DNA from: Paraspadella gotoi
Lineage: Eukaryota > Animalia > Chaetognatha
DNA: 22,863 nucleotides
NCBI GenBank assembly: GCA_051294375.1
Contig: JBJCIZ010000006.1
Location: forward strand, 1 to 22,863
Direction of reading: 5' to 3'
The notes beneath the pieces were generated by a model. That model made no database searches and was not told where the DNA came from. It saw only the letters and a list, made by a program, of their open reading frames with translations. A program made the translations under genes and the position numbers. Each line of letters opens with the position of its first letter. Within the stretch, counting starts at the first letter, position 1. This document shows positions 1 to 9,385 of the stretch, piece by piece.

Positions 1-119
1 TTTACTCGACTCAATCAGAATGTATTGATTTAGCTAGCTAGATAAAATAAAAACGAAATTGTTAAGCGGAAAAAATTTATTAAAAAAACCGCAGACAATA
101 AAAAACCCCCCTCTCTCTC

Positions 120-889
120 TTAAAATTCTTCTTCCCCCTCTCTCTCTACTTCCCAATCTCCTTCTCCCTCCCCCCTCTCCATCGTCGTCATCATCGTCGA
201 CATCGTCGTCGCCCTGGCGTCGAAGACGACGTCCTCTTCCTCCTCTTCCTCTCCCGCCGCGCCGCCCGCCCCCGCTTCGCGCTGTTGGCGAATGCGGCTC
301 GCCACCCCTTGCCCCCGCCGCCAACAACGCCACCGCGAGGTCGCCACGGCCACCGCGACCGCCGCTATCACGGCGAGGACGTATACCGCGTTTCTGTCGA
401 CCGTAAAAAATGAGATTTTAATAAAAATTTTGTGACAGATTGACATTAGCTTAGTATTAACCGATAAGGTTCGACCGCCTCCTCCCACAAGTCCGCGGAC
501 GACGATGACGACGACGACGACGAAGCCGTCGGAAACGACGACGACGACGATGAAAACGACGACGACGCTGACGACGACGCTGACGCCGACGACGACGCCA
601 AAGTCGATGACGCCGATGACGCCGACGACGACGCCGAAGAAGAAGACGACGACGACGCCGTCGAAGATGGCGGCCCCCACTCCGCCGCGCACGCTTCCCA
701 CGCTCTCTCTGGAAATATTAAAAAAAATTTTGTTTAGTTATAAGTAACAAATTAAGTTGTCACCCGAAATTTACCATAATAATAACCGCCGTCTAACACT
801 AAGTGCTCAAGGCACTCTTCAAAGTTGGTGGGGAGGGCGGAGCTTGCCCCCACCACCCCCGCAGCCAAACTAACGATTTCTCGTAGCAT
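120..889 (-). CDS. Spliced type I membrane glycoprotein, about 211 aa (signal peptide, C-x18-C module, Ser-rich stalk, TM, acidic tail)
   Basis: Manual model: exons 889..775, 708..462, 393..120; introns 774..709 (GTAAAT..TTTCCAG, 66 nt, phase 1) and 461..394 (GTTAAT..GACAG, 68 nt, phase 2). Total 636 nt, open. Protein MLREIVSLAAGVVGASSA-LPTNFEECLEHLVLDGGYYYERAWEACAAEW-poly(S/A)-RNAVYVLAVIAAVAVAVATSRWRCWRR...EEEF*. AATAAA on - strand at 81..76. Confidence 0.8.
497..660. repeat. Degenerate (GAC)n/(TCG)n trinucleotide tract
   Basis: Directly visible; encodes the poly-Ser/Ala stalk of the - strand spliced gene. Confidence 0.9.
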
Positions 890-1056
890 TTTTTTATTAT
901 ATTGGACAAAACCTGCGAACATAAGGCGAGGGTTTTAAAGTTACGAGGTAAAAAAAAAAAAATAGAATTATAAAAGCGTGAACAAATTGTGGATTAGCAT
1001 AATTTTTTATCTCAACTCATTATCATATTTTTCACGATAGCCTAGAAACGGATATC
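890..1056. promoter_or_regulatory. Divergent promoter region with TATA-like box
   Basis: AT-rich spacer between ATG 889 (-) and ATG 1057 (+); TATAAAAG at 969..976. Confidence 0.45.
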
Positions 1057-1557
1057 ATGGATACCACCAATTTAATCGAATTAAACGAAGCGCTCAGGCA
1101 AATTTTACCCATGGATAACCACGAATTTGAAAAAAATTTGTTGCAAAATGAAAATGCAAGACTCAGAGAGGAACTTTCTGCATACATAAATAAAAATGCT
1201 CAACAAACTCGAAACGAATGGATTATTCAACAAGACGCGAATGTTAAAATACAAACTTTACAAAATGAGATCATGGTCTTACAGGAAAAAAATTCTAAAA
1301 GCGAAATGGTTATTGAGGAAAGTATAAAAGAACTTACGAACGCTATAGACAGACTTTTCATGCAATATTTCAATAAAGAGACGGACAATGGACAGGGATT
1401 AAAGGATTTGATTACGACGTTAAACTCAACAAAGAATCTTTTGGTATATCGAGACTCGGAAGGTCGCCGAATTTTTTCAACTAACGGCGAAGTCGCTTCA
1501 CCTACTCCTTATTATCTAGAGGAGATTTTTAGTTTATTAAATTTAAAATGGAATTAG
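1057..1557 (+). CDS. Hypothetical coiled-coil protein, 166 aa
   Basis: ATG-started ORF overlapping the ATPase start; heptad-like L/I pattern (LLQNENARLREELSAY, IQTLQNEIMVLQEKN). Confidence 0.7.
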   Translation: MDTTNLIELNEALRQILPMDNHEFEKNLLQNENARLREELSAYINKNAQQTRNEWIIQQDANVKIQTLQNEIMVLQEKNSKSEMVIEESIKELTNAIDRLFMQYFNKETDNGQGLKDLITTLNSTKNLLVYRDSEGRRIFSTNGEVASPTPYYLEEIFSLLNLKWN

Positions 1558-2240
1558 AAGGCGCTTGCTACGATCTGCGAATTCCGTTTGGTTCTAATAT
1601 CGCCATAGTTGGAGCCTCGGGCGTTGGTAAGACGACTTTTTGTTTGCAATTTTTAAGGGATGCGGATAAATTGTTGACTGAGATTCCAGACATAATTTAT
1701 TATTTTTATGATTGCGATCAAGAGGTGTTTCACGAACCTCGGAACGATAACATCAACTTCATAGAGGGATTTGACGAACGTTTTATTTCGGAAGAGAACT
1801 TAAAGGACAAGAAGGCGGTAGTCGTGCTTGACGATCAGATCGGCGTTATTGATCCTGTTTTCCTACAAAAGATGNNNNNNNNNNTATCTCATCACCGCGG
1901 TTTTACCCTCATCATTTTATTACACGATTTGNNNNNNNNNNATATTCCAAATTTTACCATAATTTCTCGTAATACTCACATAAACATATTATTGAGGAAT
2001 GTCAGAGATAGAATGGGAATCTCAACGTTGGCCAGACAATTATTTCCGGATAAGTATTCTTTTTTCATGGGTAGTTACGATGACGCATGTAGGGACTCGT
2101 TTCATTATTTATTAGTTGATTCTTCTCCTCAGGTGTCTCATTCGTGTCGTCTCCGTACGAATATTCTCCCGTCTGAGACAAACGTTCCCGTAATTTATTT
2201 GCCTGGCGAAAAATACGACAAAAAAAATAAAAAAAAATGA
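1548..2240 (+). CDS. A32/FtsK-HerA family genome packaging ATPase
   Basis: Walker A GASGVGKT, Walker B VVVLDD, SHH followed by a hydrophobic strand, ISRN arginine-finger-like motif, C-terminal YLLVD...RLRTNI typical of Polinton ATPases. Confidence 0.93.
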   Translation: MELEGACYDLRIPFGSNIAIVGASGVGKTTFCLQFLRDADKLLTEIPDIIYYFYDCDQEVFHEPRNDNINFIEGFDERFISEENLKDKKAVVVLDDQIGVIDPVFLQKMXXXXSHHRGFTLIILLHDLXXXXIPNFTIISRNTHINILLRNVRDRMGISTLARQLFPDKYSFFMGSYDDACRDSFHYLLVDSSPQVSHSCRLRTNILPSETNVPVIYLPGEKYDKKNKKK

Positions 2241-2566
2241 AATTAAAAGATATTTTTCCTATTCTCGAATATTTAGCTTCTCTCTCTACTAAGGAACAAA
2301 AAAAATTTATCAGAGAAGCGGATCCAACTTTAATTAAAACCATCTGTGAAATTTTATTTAATATAAGCCGGGGAAATATTTTTATAGAGGACTCAGCTTT
2401 ACAAAAATTGAAAAAGTATAAAAAGGATATTAAGTTTTTATGTCTCAAATCTCCTACAACGAAATCTCGGCGCGAAGTTCTTCAAAAAGGAAGCGGATTA
2501 NNNNNNNNNNGTGTTCTTTCGGCATTAATCCCAACCCTCATTCAATATTTATTTAAAAAAAAATGA
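2237..2566 (+). CDS. Conserved small Polinton protein, probable virion/core protein with a hydrophobic C-terminal helix
   Basis: ICEILFNISRGN...LKKYK...QKGSG followed by amphipathic VLSALIPTLIQYLF; ATGA overlap with the ATPase stop. Confidence 0.8.
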   Translation: MKLKDIFPILEYLASLSTKEQKKFIREADPTLIKTICEILFNISRGNIFIEDSALQKLKKYKKDIKFLCLKSPTTKSRREVLQKGSGLXXXXVLSALIPTLIQYLFKKK

Positions 2567-3643
2567 GTTCGTTTAAAAAAATGTATATGCTGACGGAAGA
2601 GCAATATAATAGATTTTTAAAACATGAAAGGGGGAATTTGCTTCCATCAGGAGAAGCTGATATTATTATGCAAAAATATAATAAAAAATATATGGAGGAT
2701 AAAACCCTTAGAAAGAATGAAGATAATCAGAATTGGAGTAAATTCGGTGAGCGTATTGATCCTATTATTCGTCGACCTTTGATTGACACCGTGACTGCAT
2801 CTACGCTAGCAACCGCTACCCCTACCTCAACAGCTGGCGAGGAGAGACCACCGCCAACAGGCGCTGCTGCTAGCACTCGGGCGGAGAGAGTTGTTAGACA
2901 GAAAGTAACCAANNNNNNNNNNACAGAAAGTAACCAACGATGCTGGAAAATTAATTTCTCAAAAATTATCTCCTAGCATGCGGACTAAGGGATTAAGGTT
3001 ACTCAGAAGACTTCAGAATTTTCCTAATTTAGTTATAACTCCGGAAAGAATAACGGTAAACGGGAATCCGTTGCCGGGGAGCCCGCACGAGATTATCGAT
3101 GATTTGGTTCGAGCTAGAAAAAACTTGANNNNNNNNNNTAACGACCTTTTGTCAAGCATATTGGAACAAGATCCTAAAACTAAAGATTTTATTTTTAATA
3201 TTGAAGCCAAAAACATTTTAAAAGACGGGATAGAAGAAAAGAGAAGAGAAGTGATAGAAAGGTCTCCATCTACTCCCGAGGTTTTTGAAGATCCTCTGCC
3301 CTTTGTAACTCCAGCTCGTGGGGCAGAAGAGGGAGCGAGGGGTGGGTTAATTGACTCCCAATCGTCATTTAGAGACATGCCTGGTTATATAACTCCAGAC
3401 GAGTCGTTTGAAGATTCAATATTTGAATTAAGTCCAACTAAACAACATGGAAAAGGAAAACAACAACGCGACAAAAGAAAACAACGCAAGAAAAGAAAAC
3501 AAAGTGGAAACGGAAAAAAACAAGGACAACGCGGAAAAGGAAAAAATCAGCAAAGCGGAAGAGGATCAAAGAATAAAATCCCCCCTGCTTCAAGCAAAGC
3601 CGGATCTAGAATCAGAAAAANNNNNNNNNNATTATTTTTATAA
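2563..3643 (+). CDS. Polinton hypothetical/core protein with basic QxGxG-repeat tail; a single ORF split by an assembly gap artefact
   Basis: ORFs 2563..2976 and 2978..3643 join in frame (RQKVTNDAGKLISQKLSPSMRTKG) when the 10 N plus the duplicated 15-mer ACAGAAAGTAACCAA (2898..2912 = 2923..2937) are collapsed. Confidence 0.72.
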
Positions 3644-4787
3644 TAAAATCTCTAAAAATTATTATGAACCAAGTCAGGTGGGTAGATATTCTAATTTAAA
3701 AACACTTTATAATCAATTAAAAAAAGAGGGGGAAAAGGTGACAAATAAAGACGTGCAAAAATGGTTACTCCATCAGCCCACTTATTCTCTTCATAAACCT
3801 AGAAGGTTAAAGTTTGAAAGAAGAACCGTTAAAAAGATTTATGTGAATGACACTTGGAATATGGATCTCGTCTCTCTCATAGAAATCTCAAAATTTAATT
3901 CGGGATATTATTTTATCCTTTGCTGCGTTGACTCTTTTTCGCGCAGGGCCATATGTCGCCCTATTCACCGAAAGACAACAAAAAATATGAAAGCCGCTTT
4001 TGATTCAATATTCAAGGAGGAAGGGGAGGTGCCGAGAAACGCTACTTCGGATTTTGGAACTGAGTTTACTAGCTTAAAAGAGTATTTTAAGGATAATTTA
4101 ATTAATTTTTATCATACAAGAAGTCCTTTAAAGACAGTTTTATGCGAGAGATTTAATCAGACACTTGAGGGTGCCATTCATAAGTATTTTACCGCTAGAA
4201 AGACGCTCAGATGGTTAGACGTCCTTCAACCTATCGTGAAGAGTTATAACGCCACTCCAACGCCAACATTATTTAATTTAAGTCCGGATGAAATATATTT
4301 TTGCGACGCCAACATCGAGTTTCTTCACAACCAATATAAGAAGCAAGAAAAACTGAAAAAAGAAAAATTTAAAAATAAAAAACCGAAATTTCAAGTGGGA
4401 GATTTGGTACGAGTAATTAAGGACGACTTAGGTAAGTTTCATCGTTCTTATCATCCATCTTTTAGTCCTACTATACATGAAATAAGAGAAAAATTATCAA
4501 CTTATNNNNNNNNNNATAAAGTAGAAGGTAAGCTTCGGTCATATTATGAGCCAGAGCTTAGCTTGGTTTTAAAAGGAGACGATTTAGAGCAGAAAGGGCT
4601 TCACTATTATTTAAACCAAACGAGAAAAGTGGGTGGGAAGACCCTTAGAAATAAATCTGGAGTCGGTGCTGAAACCGAATATAACGTTAAATCCGTTTTA
4701 AATCCTGAACTCTCTCTTTGGTTAACTGAAAAAGAGTATAAAAATCTTAGAAAAAAAGATGGAATTCTCAGTGGAGGTAATGTCTGA
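3447..4787 (+). CDS. Retroviral-like (rve) DDE integrase of Polinton type; true start probably near 3620
   Basis: YYEP...WL...YSLHKP N-terminal motif; catalytic D (WNMDLV), D (TSDFGTEF), E (CERFNQTL); YNATP; SH3-like KFQVGDLVRV; degenerate chromo-like C-terminus. The 5' part of the ORF overlaps the upstream gene, so the real ATG may sit in the N run 3621..3630. Confidence 0.95.
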   Translation: MEKENNNATKENNARKENKVETEKNKDNAEKEKISKAEEDQRIKSPLLQAKPDLESEKXXXXYFYNKISKNYYEPSQVGRYSNLKTLYNQLKKEGEKVTNKDVQKWLLHQPTYSLHKPRRLKFERRTVKKIYVNDTWNMDLVSLIEISKFNSGYYFILCCVDSFSRRAICRPIHRKTTKNMKAAFDSIFKEEGEVPRNATSDFGTEFTSLKEYFKDNLINFYHTRSPLKTVLCERFNQTLEGAIHKYFTARKTLRWLDVLQPIVKSYNATPTPTLFNLSPDEIYFCDANIEFLHNQYKKQEKLKKEKFKNKKPKFQVGDLVRVIKDDLGKFHRSYHPSFSPTIHEIREKLSTYXXXXKVEGKLRSYYEPELSLVLKGDDLEQKGLHYYLNQTRKVGGKTLRNKSGVGAETEYNVKSVLNPELSLWLTEKEYKNLRKKDGILSGGNV

Positions 4788-5676
4788 TAGTTGCGTCTCT
4801 CTTTTTAAAGAAAACAAAGGATCTTTTTTTGTTAACAGATTACCCCACCCCCTTTATTTAGATGAACATTATTGGATAGGATTGTCAGAAATTTCATATG
4901 TCAAACAAATCAGAAATGTCAAAACATCAACATTTGAAATTTTTGACTTTTTAGCAGAAGATAAGGTAAAAAGCCCAGGGCTGTATGGAAAAAAGATTCA
5001 AGTTGAGCTAGAGTCTGGCTATTTTGATAGCTCCGAGCATTTTATTAGTTCATTAAATCATTTGTTGTGGAGACATATCCCGAGGCTAAAAGGGATTAAG
5101 ATTTTTTCATTTGACCCAATAAGTAATTTTTTTTGGTTTAACTATAAGAAGGAATATTATTTTTATATAAAAATATATCGGGACTTATGTATTTTATTAG
5201 GACTCATCTCTCCAAAAGACCCTAGAATGAATGCCTTAACTTTATTAGGTTCACCTAAAAAAGCAGATTTTTTTGAGCAAGAGGTTAATGGGGTGAATAT
5301 TAAAAGAGTGTTTAAAGATAAACATGTCATTCCCGAAACGGCGTGCGAAGGTTCGGATCATTTTTTGCACCCGAGCCAAATTCAGTTAATTGACGCGTTT
5401 GCCGTTTACTGTTCGGCTTCACAAGACGTCATATACGGTGACACGCTGACTAATATTTTGCGCATAGTTCCGCTTCAAGGCAAGCCTAACGAAAGGTGTG
5501 TTTTAAGTTTTCCCTTTCCGCAATACATCCCAATTAGATCAAATACAATTAAAGAGATCACTATCCAGATACGAGATCTGTATGGTGAGCTTATAGATTT
5601 TATGTCATCATTTGTTAGAGTTAAATTAATATTTAAAAAACGTTACCTGGGATTGCCTGAAAATGCCTCTTTTTAG
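4759..5676 (+). CDS. Minor capsid protein (penton-like, single jelly-roll)
   Basis: N-terminal S-x-F-x-N-x-LP...W-x-GLSEISY and C-terminal VYC...GD...LRIVP...PQYIP...ITIQIRD-x-G-x-LIDF match Polinton minor capsid patterns; position upstream of MCP. Confidence 0.88.
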   Translation: MEFSVEVMSDSCVSLFKENKGSFFVNRLPHPLYLDEHYWIGLSEISYVKQIRNVKTSTFEIFDFLAEDKVKSPGLYGKKIQVELESGYFDSSEHFISSLNHLLWRHIPRLKGIKIFSFDPISNFFWFNYKKEYYFYIKIYRDLCILLGLISPKDPRMNALTLLGSPKKADFFEQEVNGVNIKRVFKDKHVIPETACEGSDHFLHPSQIQLIDAFAVYCSASQDVIYGDTLTNILRIVPLQGKPNERCVLSFPFPQYIPIRSNTIKEITIQIRDLYGELIDFMSSFVRVKLIFKKRYLGLPENASF

Positions 5677-6184
5677 TCCATTGAGATTAGCGCGGAGAAA
5701 CCAAAGGGGATCTGGCTTGGGCTCCATCTTTAGATCAATAGGCAATTCATATTTGCTCCCGGCCTTGAGATCGCTACTCCCCGTTGGCAAAAAGGCCATC
5801 AAGAACTTGGCGGAAGAGGGAATAAGAGCCGGAGGCCAAATTTTAGCCGACGTCGCTAAAGGAAAGAACATTAAGCAAAGCGTTACACAAAGAAGTAAAA
5901 ACACAATAAAAAATATTCAAAAAATTGCGCGGGAAAGAGGAAAGGAAGCTTTAACTAAGGCGGGAGACAGTATAAAAGCTCAAGCTCTCGCTTCTAACGT
6001 CAGTAAAGACACAAATAAAATCGGATCTGGTAAAAAGAGAAAAAATAAAAAAAAAGTTATTTATGGTACAGGAAGAAAAAAAAGTAAGAATAAAAAAAAG
6101 GGTCTCTGTGGCGCGGGAAGAAAGAAGAAAAGCCTAACCACTAATAAAAAAAAGAGAAAAAAAAGATTTTCGGTTTTTGACTAA
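5663..6184 (+). CDS. Core/membrane-lytic-like protein (adenovirus pVI analogue) with Lys-rich tail
   Basis: QRGSGLGSIFRSIG...LLPALRSLLP amphipathic helix, ILADVAKGKNIKQS motif, basic C-terminus; located between penton and MCP. Function inferred. Confidence 0.75.
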   Translation: MPLFSPLRLARRNQRGSGLGSIFRSIGNSYLLPALRSLLPVGKKAIKNLAEEGIRAGGQILADVAKGKNIKQSVTQRSKNTIKNIQKIARERGKEALTKAGDSIKAQALASNVSKDTNKIGSGKKRKNKKKVIYGTGRKKSKNKKKGLCGAGRKKKSLTTNKKKRKKRFSVFD

Positions 6185-6194
6185 AAAAAGTAAA

Positions 6195-7535
6195 ATGGCG
6201 GGGGCGCTGATGCAGCATTCGGCCTTGGCTTGTGTGGACGAAGGGCTAAATGTGTTTGACAAAAGCATAGTGGATTATCAATATGATAATGCTTATTTTT
6301 TAGAACTTAAGCCTCAAGTCCCTCTCGAGTCTAAGTCCTCGCAGATTGTTTTTAAGCGCGAACCAATGAACGAATTTATAGATTTTGGCGATTCTTATGT
6401 AAAACTTAAGGTCAAGATACTGAAGGCCGATGGCACGGATCTTGATCCTATTGTTGCAAGTGGGTCAAGCGCGGCCTTCAATCAAGCGCCGTTCTGCAGT
6501 TTGTTTAAGAATTTGGATATACGATTAAATAACCAATCATTAACGGCTCAAGATAACTGCCACGGTTATACAACATGGCTGACAATGTTGTTAAATATGA
6601 ATGAAGCCTGGATGAGAGGTAAAGGTAATCTTTATGGCGTTTATCAGGAAGTTTCACCAGCAACAGCTACTGGGCACACTGGAGTTTCAGGCTATAGAGA
6701 AAGATTGGAATGGACAAAAAATTCGAACGTTGCCTCATACCTGTTTCCGGTTTGTCATCCTTTCGCGCTTTCTTGCACGCGCTTGATGTTGTCAATGACG
6801 GACGTGAGCATCATCTATGAGAGGCAGAACAACGCCTTTCCCATTTTGTCCGACATCGAAAATGGAGATTTTAAATATGAGATTGTAGACATGTCCGTGA
6901 TGTTGAAGCAGGTTGTCGTTAATCCAAGTTATAACCTGAGATTAGAGGCGGCATTAGCAAAAAAAAACGCGAGATATGAGTTTAAATATTGTAGATGCTT
7001 CGAATATAGCTTACCATCTGGCAGAAGAAATTATTCTTTCGACGACGTCTTCGCGAAAAACGAAGTCCCCCAGGTGGCTGTGGTGGCTCTCGTCGACGCC
7101 GACGCGTTTGAAGGCAGCTTTTTAAAGTCTCCATATTTTTTTCAGAATTATGATCTGAGACGTCTCCACTATCAAATTTCTGGTAAAACGTTTCCGAGTC
7201 CCAACGGAGTAAACTTGAATTTTACGTCAACGACTGCCCCCGATTGGTCTGAAGGATATTTTTCTCTGCATCAGATGATCGGTTTATATTCGAACGACTC
7301 TCTCAGCATAGATTATGGAAGATATAAAACGGGATATACATTAATTAGCACTAGTTTTGACTCACCAAGCACGTCTCCCGACATCCATTCATTGCCAAAA
7401 TTCGCCCCCGTCAAATTGACATTGGAGTTTGGCGTTGACCTCCCGCGCAACGCGAAGCTCATCGTCTATTCTATTTTTAATCGCGAGATTTTCATCAATT
7501 CTCAGAGACAAGTTTTGCTGAACTACAACTTATAA
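6195..7535 (+). CDS. Major capsid protein (double jelly-roll, hexon-like)
   Basis: About 446 aa beta-rich ORF with FIDFGDSYVKLKVKI, SLFKNLDIRLN, P-x-VAVVALV...AFEG...SPYFFQNY, Y-x-x-GYTL motifs of Polinton MCP; ATG at 6195 preferred over TTG at 6177. Confidence 0.92.
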   Translation: MAGALMQHSALACVDEGLNVFDKSIVDYQYDNAYFLELKPQVPLESKSSQIVFKREPMNEFIDFGDSYVKLKVKILKADGTDLDPIVASGSSAAFNQAPFCSLFKNLDIRLNNQSLTAQDNCHGYTTWLTMLLNMNEAWMRGKGNLYGVYQEVSPATATGHTGVSGYRERLEWTKNSNVASYLFPVCHPFALSCTRLMLSMTDVSIIYERQNNAFPILSDIENGDFKYEIVDMSVMLKQVVVNPSYNLRLEAALAKKNARYEFKYCRCFEYSLPSGRRNYSFDDVFAKNEVPQVAVVALVDADAFEGSFLKSPYFFQNYDLRRLHYQISGKTFPSPNGVNLNFTSTTAPDWSEGYFSLHQMIGLYSNDSLSIDYGRYKTGYTLISTSFDSPSTSPDIHSLPKFAPVKLTLEFGVDLPRNAKLIVYSIFNREIFINSQRQVLLNYNL

Positions 7536-7691
7536 TTAAAAAAATGCGAAAAAAAAAATTTAAAGCGAAGAAAGACAAATACGAGCTCCATTTTATTTTT
7601 TTTAAAAGCANNNNNNNNNNTTTTGTTTGAAAACGAGGCTCGCATTTCGATTTCGATTTGTCTACGACGCTGCGCTGCGCTGCGGAGCAAC

Positions 7692-8162
7692 ATGGATACT
7701 AGATCGCTGGATCAACTGGCTTTTTCGGACGAGTTGATTAAACAATATTACATTGGGACTCGAGCTATAGACCAAATTCCAAAAATTATTAAGCCTAAAT
7801 CATTATTAATTTATAATTTGCAGCCTAGCTTCAGAGCCGGATCACATTGGGTCGCTCTTTCTACGTTAAAAGCACCTAAAGTTTTAGAGATTATCGACCC
7901 TCTGGGCGACTCTCCGCAGCATTTGGACGCCATTTTATCTGCATCAGCGCGTAACGTCGTATATAACGATAAACTGTTACAGAGAGAGGACCAAATTTTC
8001 TGCGGTCTACATTGTCTTTTTTGCGTTTATTGTTTTGCTAGAGATTTCTCCGCTAGCGAAATATTAAATAAGTTCTATACTTCGGATTGTTATATAAACG
8101 ATATTTTCGTCGCAAATTTTATTTCTTCAGTTTTTAAATTTAGTGACGACAGCGAAAATTAA
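7692..8162 (+). CDS. Adenain/Ulp1-like (clan CE) maturation cysteine protease
   Basis: Catalytic His (GSHWVA), Asp (IIDPLG), oxyanion Gln (LLQ) and Cys (FCGLHC); ATG at 7692. Confidence 0.93.
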   Translation: MDTRSLDQLAFSDELIKQYYIGTRAIDQIPKIIKPKSLLIYNLQPSFRAGSHWVALSTLKAPKVLEIIDPLGDSPQHLDAILSASARNVVYNDKLLQREDQIFCGLHCLFCVYCFARDFSASEILNKFYTSDCYINDIFVANFISSVFKFSDDSEN

Positions 8163-8204
8163 TTTTTTTCCTCATCGATTAAATTTTTTTTNNNNNNNNN
8201 NNNN

Positions 8205-8235
<31 letters not shown>

Positions 8236-8276
8236 ATTGAAATTACGTCATAGTTGTTTTTTAAAATTAGTAATGA

Positions 8277-8696
8277 ATGAAGAAGCCTGGGTGCGCGGAT
8301 CAAGATTACGAATTCAAAAACCCGTATCTCAGAGCCATGGCGAAAAACCGGAAACAGCGTCGTCAACGTCGAAAGAAGATTGCTGGCCCTCAGACTGGTG
8401 GAACCTCTCGACGCGGGCGTCCTCGAGCTCGAGGTCGTCCTCAAACTCAGAGGGGAAGGGGTCGCCAGACTCAGGGAGGAAAGGGTCGAAAGAATCTTGT
8501 CGGGCGCGGGAGAGGAGGCGGAGGAAAAGTAAGAAAAAGCAGGAAAGGAAGAAAGAAAAATGCGGTTGCGGCGGGGCTTTTAACGGATCCTCAAATTCTC
8601 GGGAGGGATCTCAGCATTCCTCTACCAACGACTCTGGCTCAAAGATCGGGTCTGACCAAGATGAGCAAGCTAGGTACATATCTTTCCCGACTTTAA
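8277..8696 (+). CDS. Arg/Lys/Gly-rich basic protein, probable DNA-condensing core protein (pVII/protamine-like)
   Basis: Very basic sequence (KNRKQRRQRRKK, RRGRPRARGR, QRGRG); alternative start gccATGg at 8337. Confidence 0.65.
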   Translation: MKKPGCADQDYEFKNPYLRAMAKNRKQRRQRRKKIAGPQTGGTSRRGRPRARGRPQTQRGRGRQTQGGKGRKNLVGRGRGGGGKVRKSRKGRKKNAVAAGLLTDPQILGRDLSIPLPTTLAQRSGLTKMSKLGTYLSRL

Positions 8697-9298
8697 TTGG
8701 TAGAAAGATTTGTCGAAAAACTCGACGCATAAAGGCGCGTATGGGACGAGAATATCTGGTTAATTTTTCTATCCAACTCCTCAAAACTCTTCAGGCGTCG
8801 TTCCGATGCATCTTGAGAGACGGCGCGGCTCTCAGACGTCGCAGATCCATCACCCCCCCGCTCTCTTCTCCCCCTTTAACTCCCCCCCTTGAGAAACTCG
8901 GACGCCCCCTCGAAAACTAATTAATGCATCGGGGGAGGCTCTNNNNNNNNNNNNNNNATTGTTTGCGTGCGCGCGCGCGCGCGCGCGCCCCGTCTCTATA
9001 ATGGTAATCTATTGAGAGGGGGAAGAGGGAAGAGGATTTATTCTCAGATTAACGTGAAATTTGTTGCAATAATAGGCGCCGCGTGTCTCTATCACGCTGG
9101 TCTATTGGGAGGCGGAAGGGTGAAGAGGTCGCTTAACATCGATGAGTAACACGCGCGCTTCCTCTCGCCCTCGGGTCACGGCACGAGCGTCTTCTTTAAA
9201 TTCGACAGAGCGGAGGTGAGAATTTAGTCTTTGAGTTTTTTCCATCAACAACAACATTTTTTTTCATCTCTCATCGCTCATCGGCTCANNNNNNNNNN

Positions 9299-9331
<33 letters not shown>

Positions 9332-9385
9332 TTTAACGAGATCAAAATTTTTTCTCTACTCCTCATCGGCATCCTCATCGGCAAC

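Noticed and set aside
34-747. ORF-track calls 34..333, 59..406, 505..747 and the Val-rich first half of 120..701
   Set aside because: Alternative frames of GAC/TCG low-complexity DNA; the three-exon - strand model explains the region and is backed by a paralog.
458-777. Protamine-like poly-Arg product from splicing ATG(777..775) to 708
   Set aside because: That ATG lies within the longer exon 889..775, whose phase-1 join restores the conserved second Cys.
3447-3620. Charged N-terminal extension of the integrase
   Set aside because: Overlaps the basic QxGxG tail of the upstream gene in another frame; recognisable integrase sequence begins after the N run.
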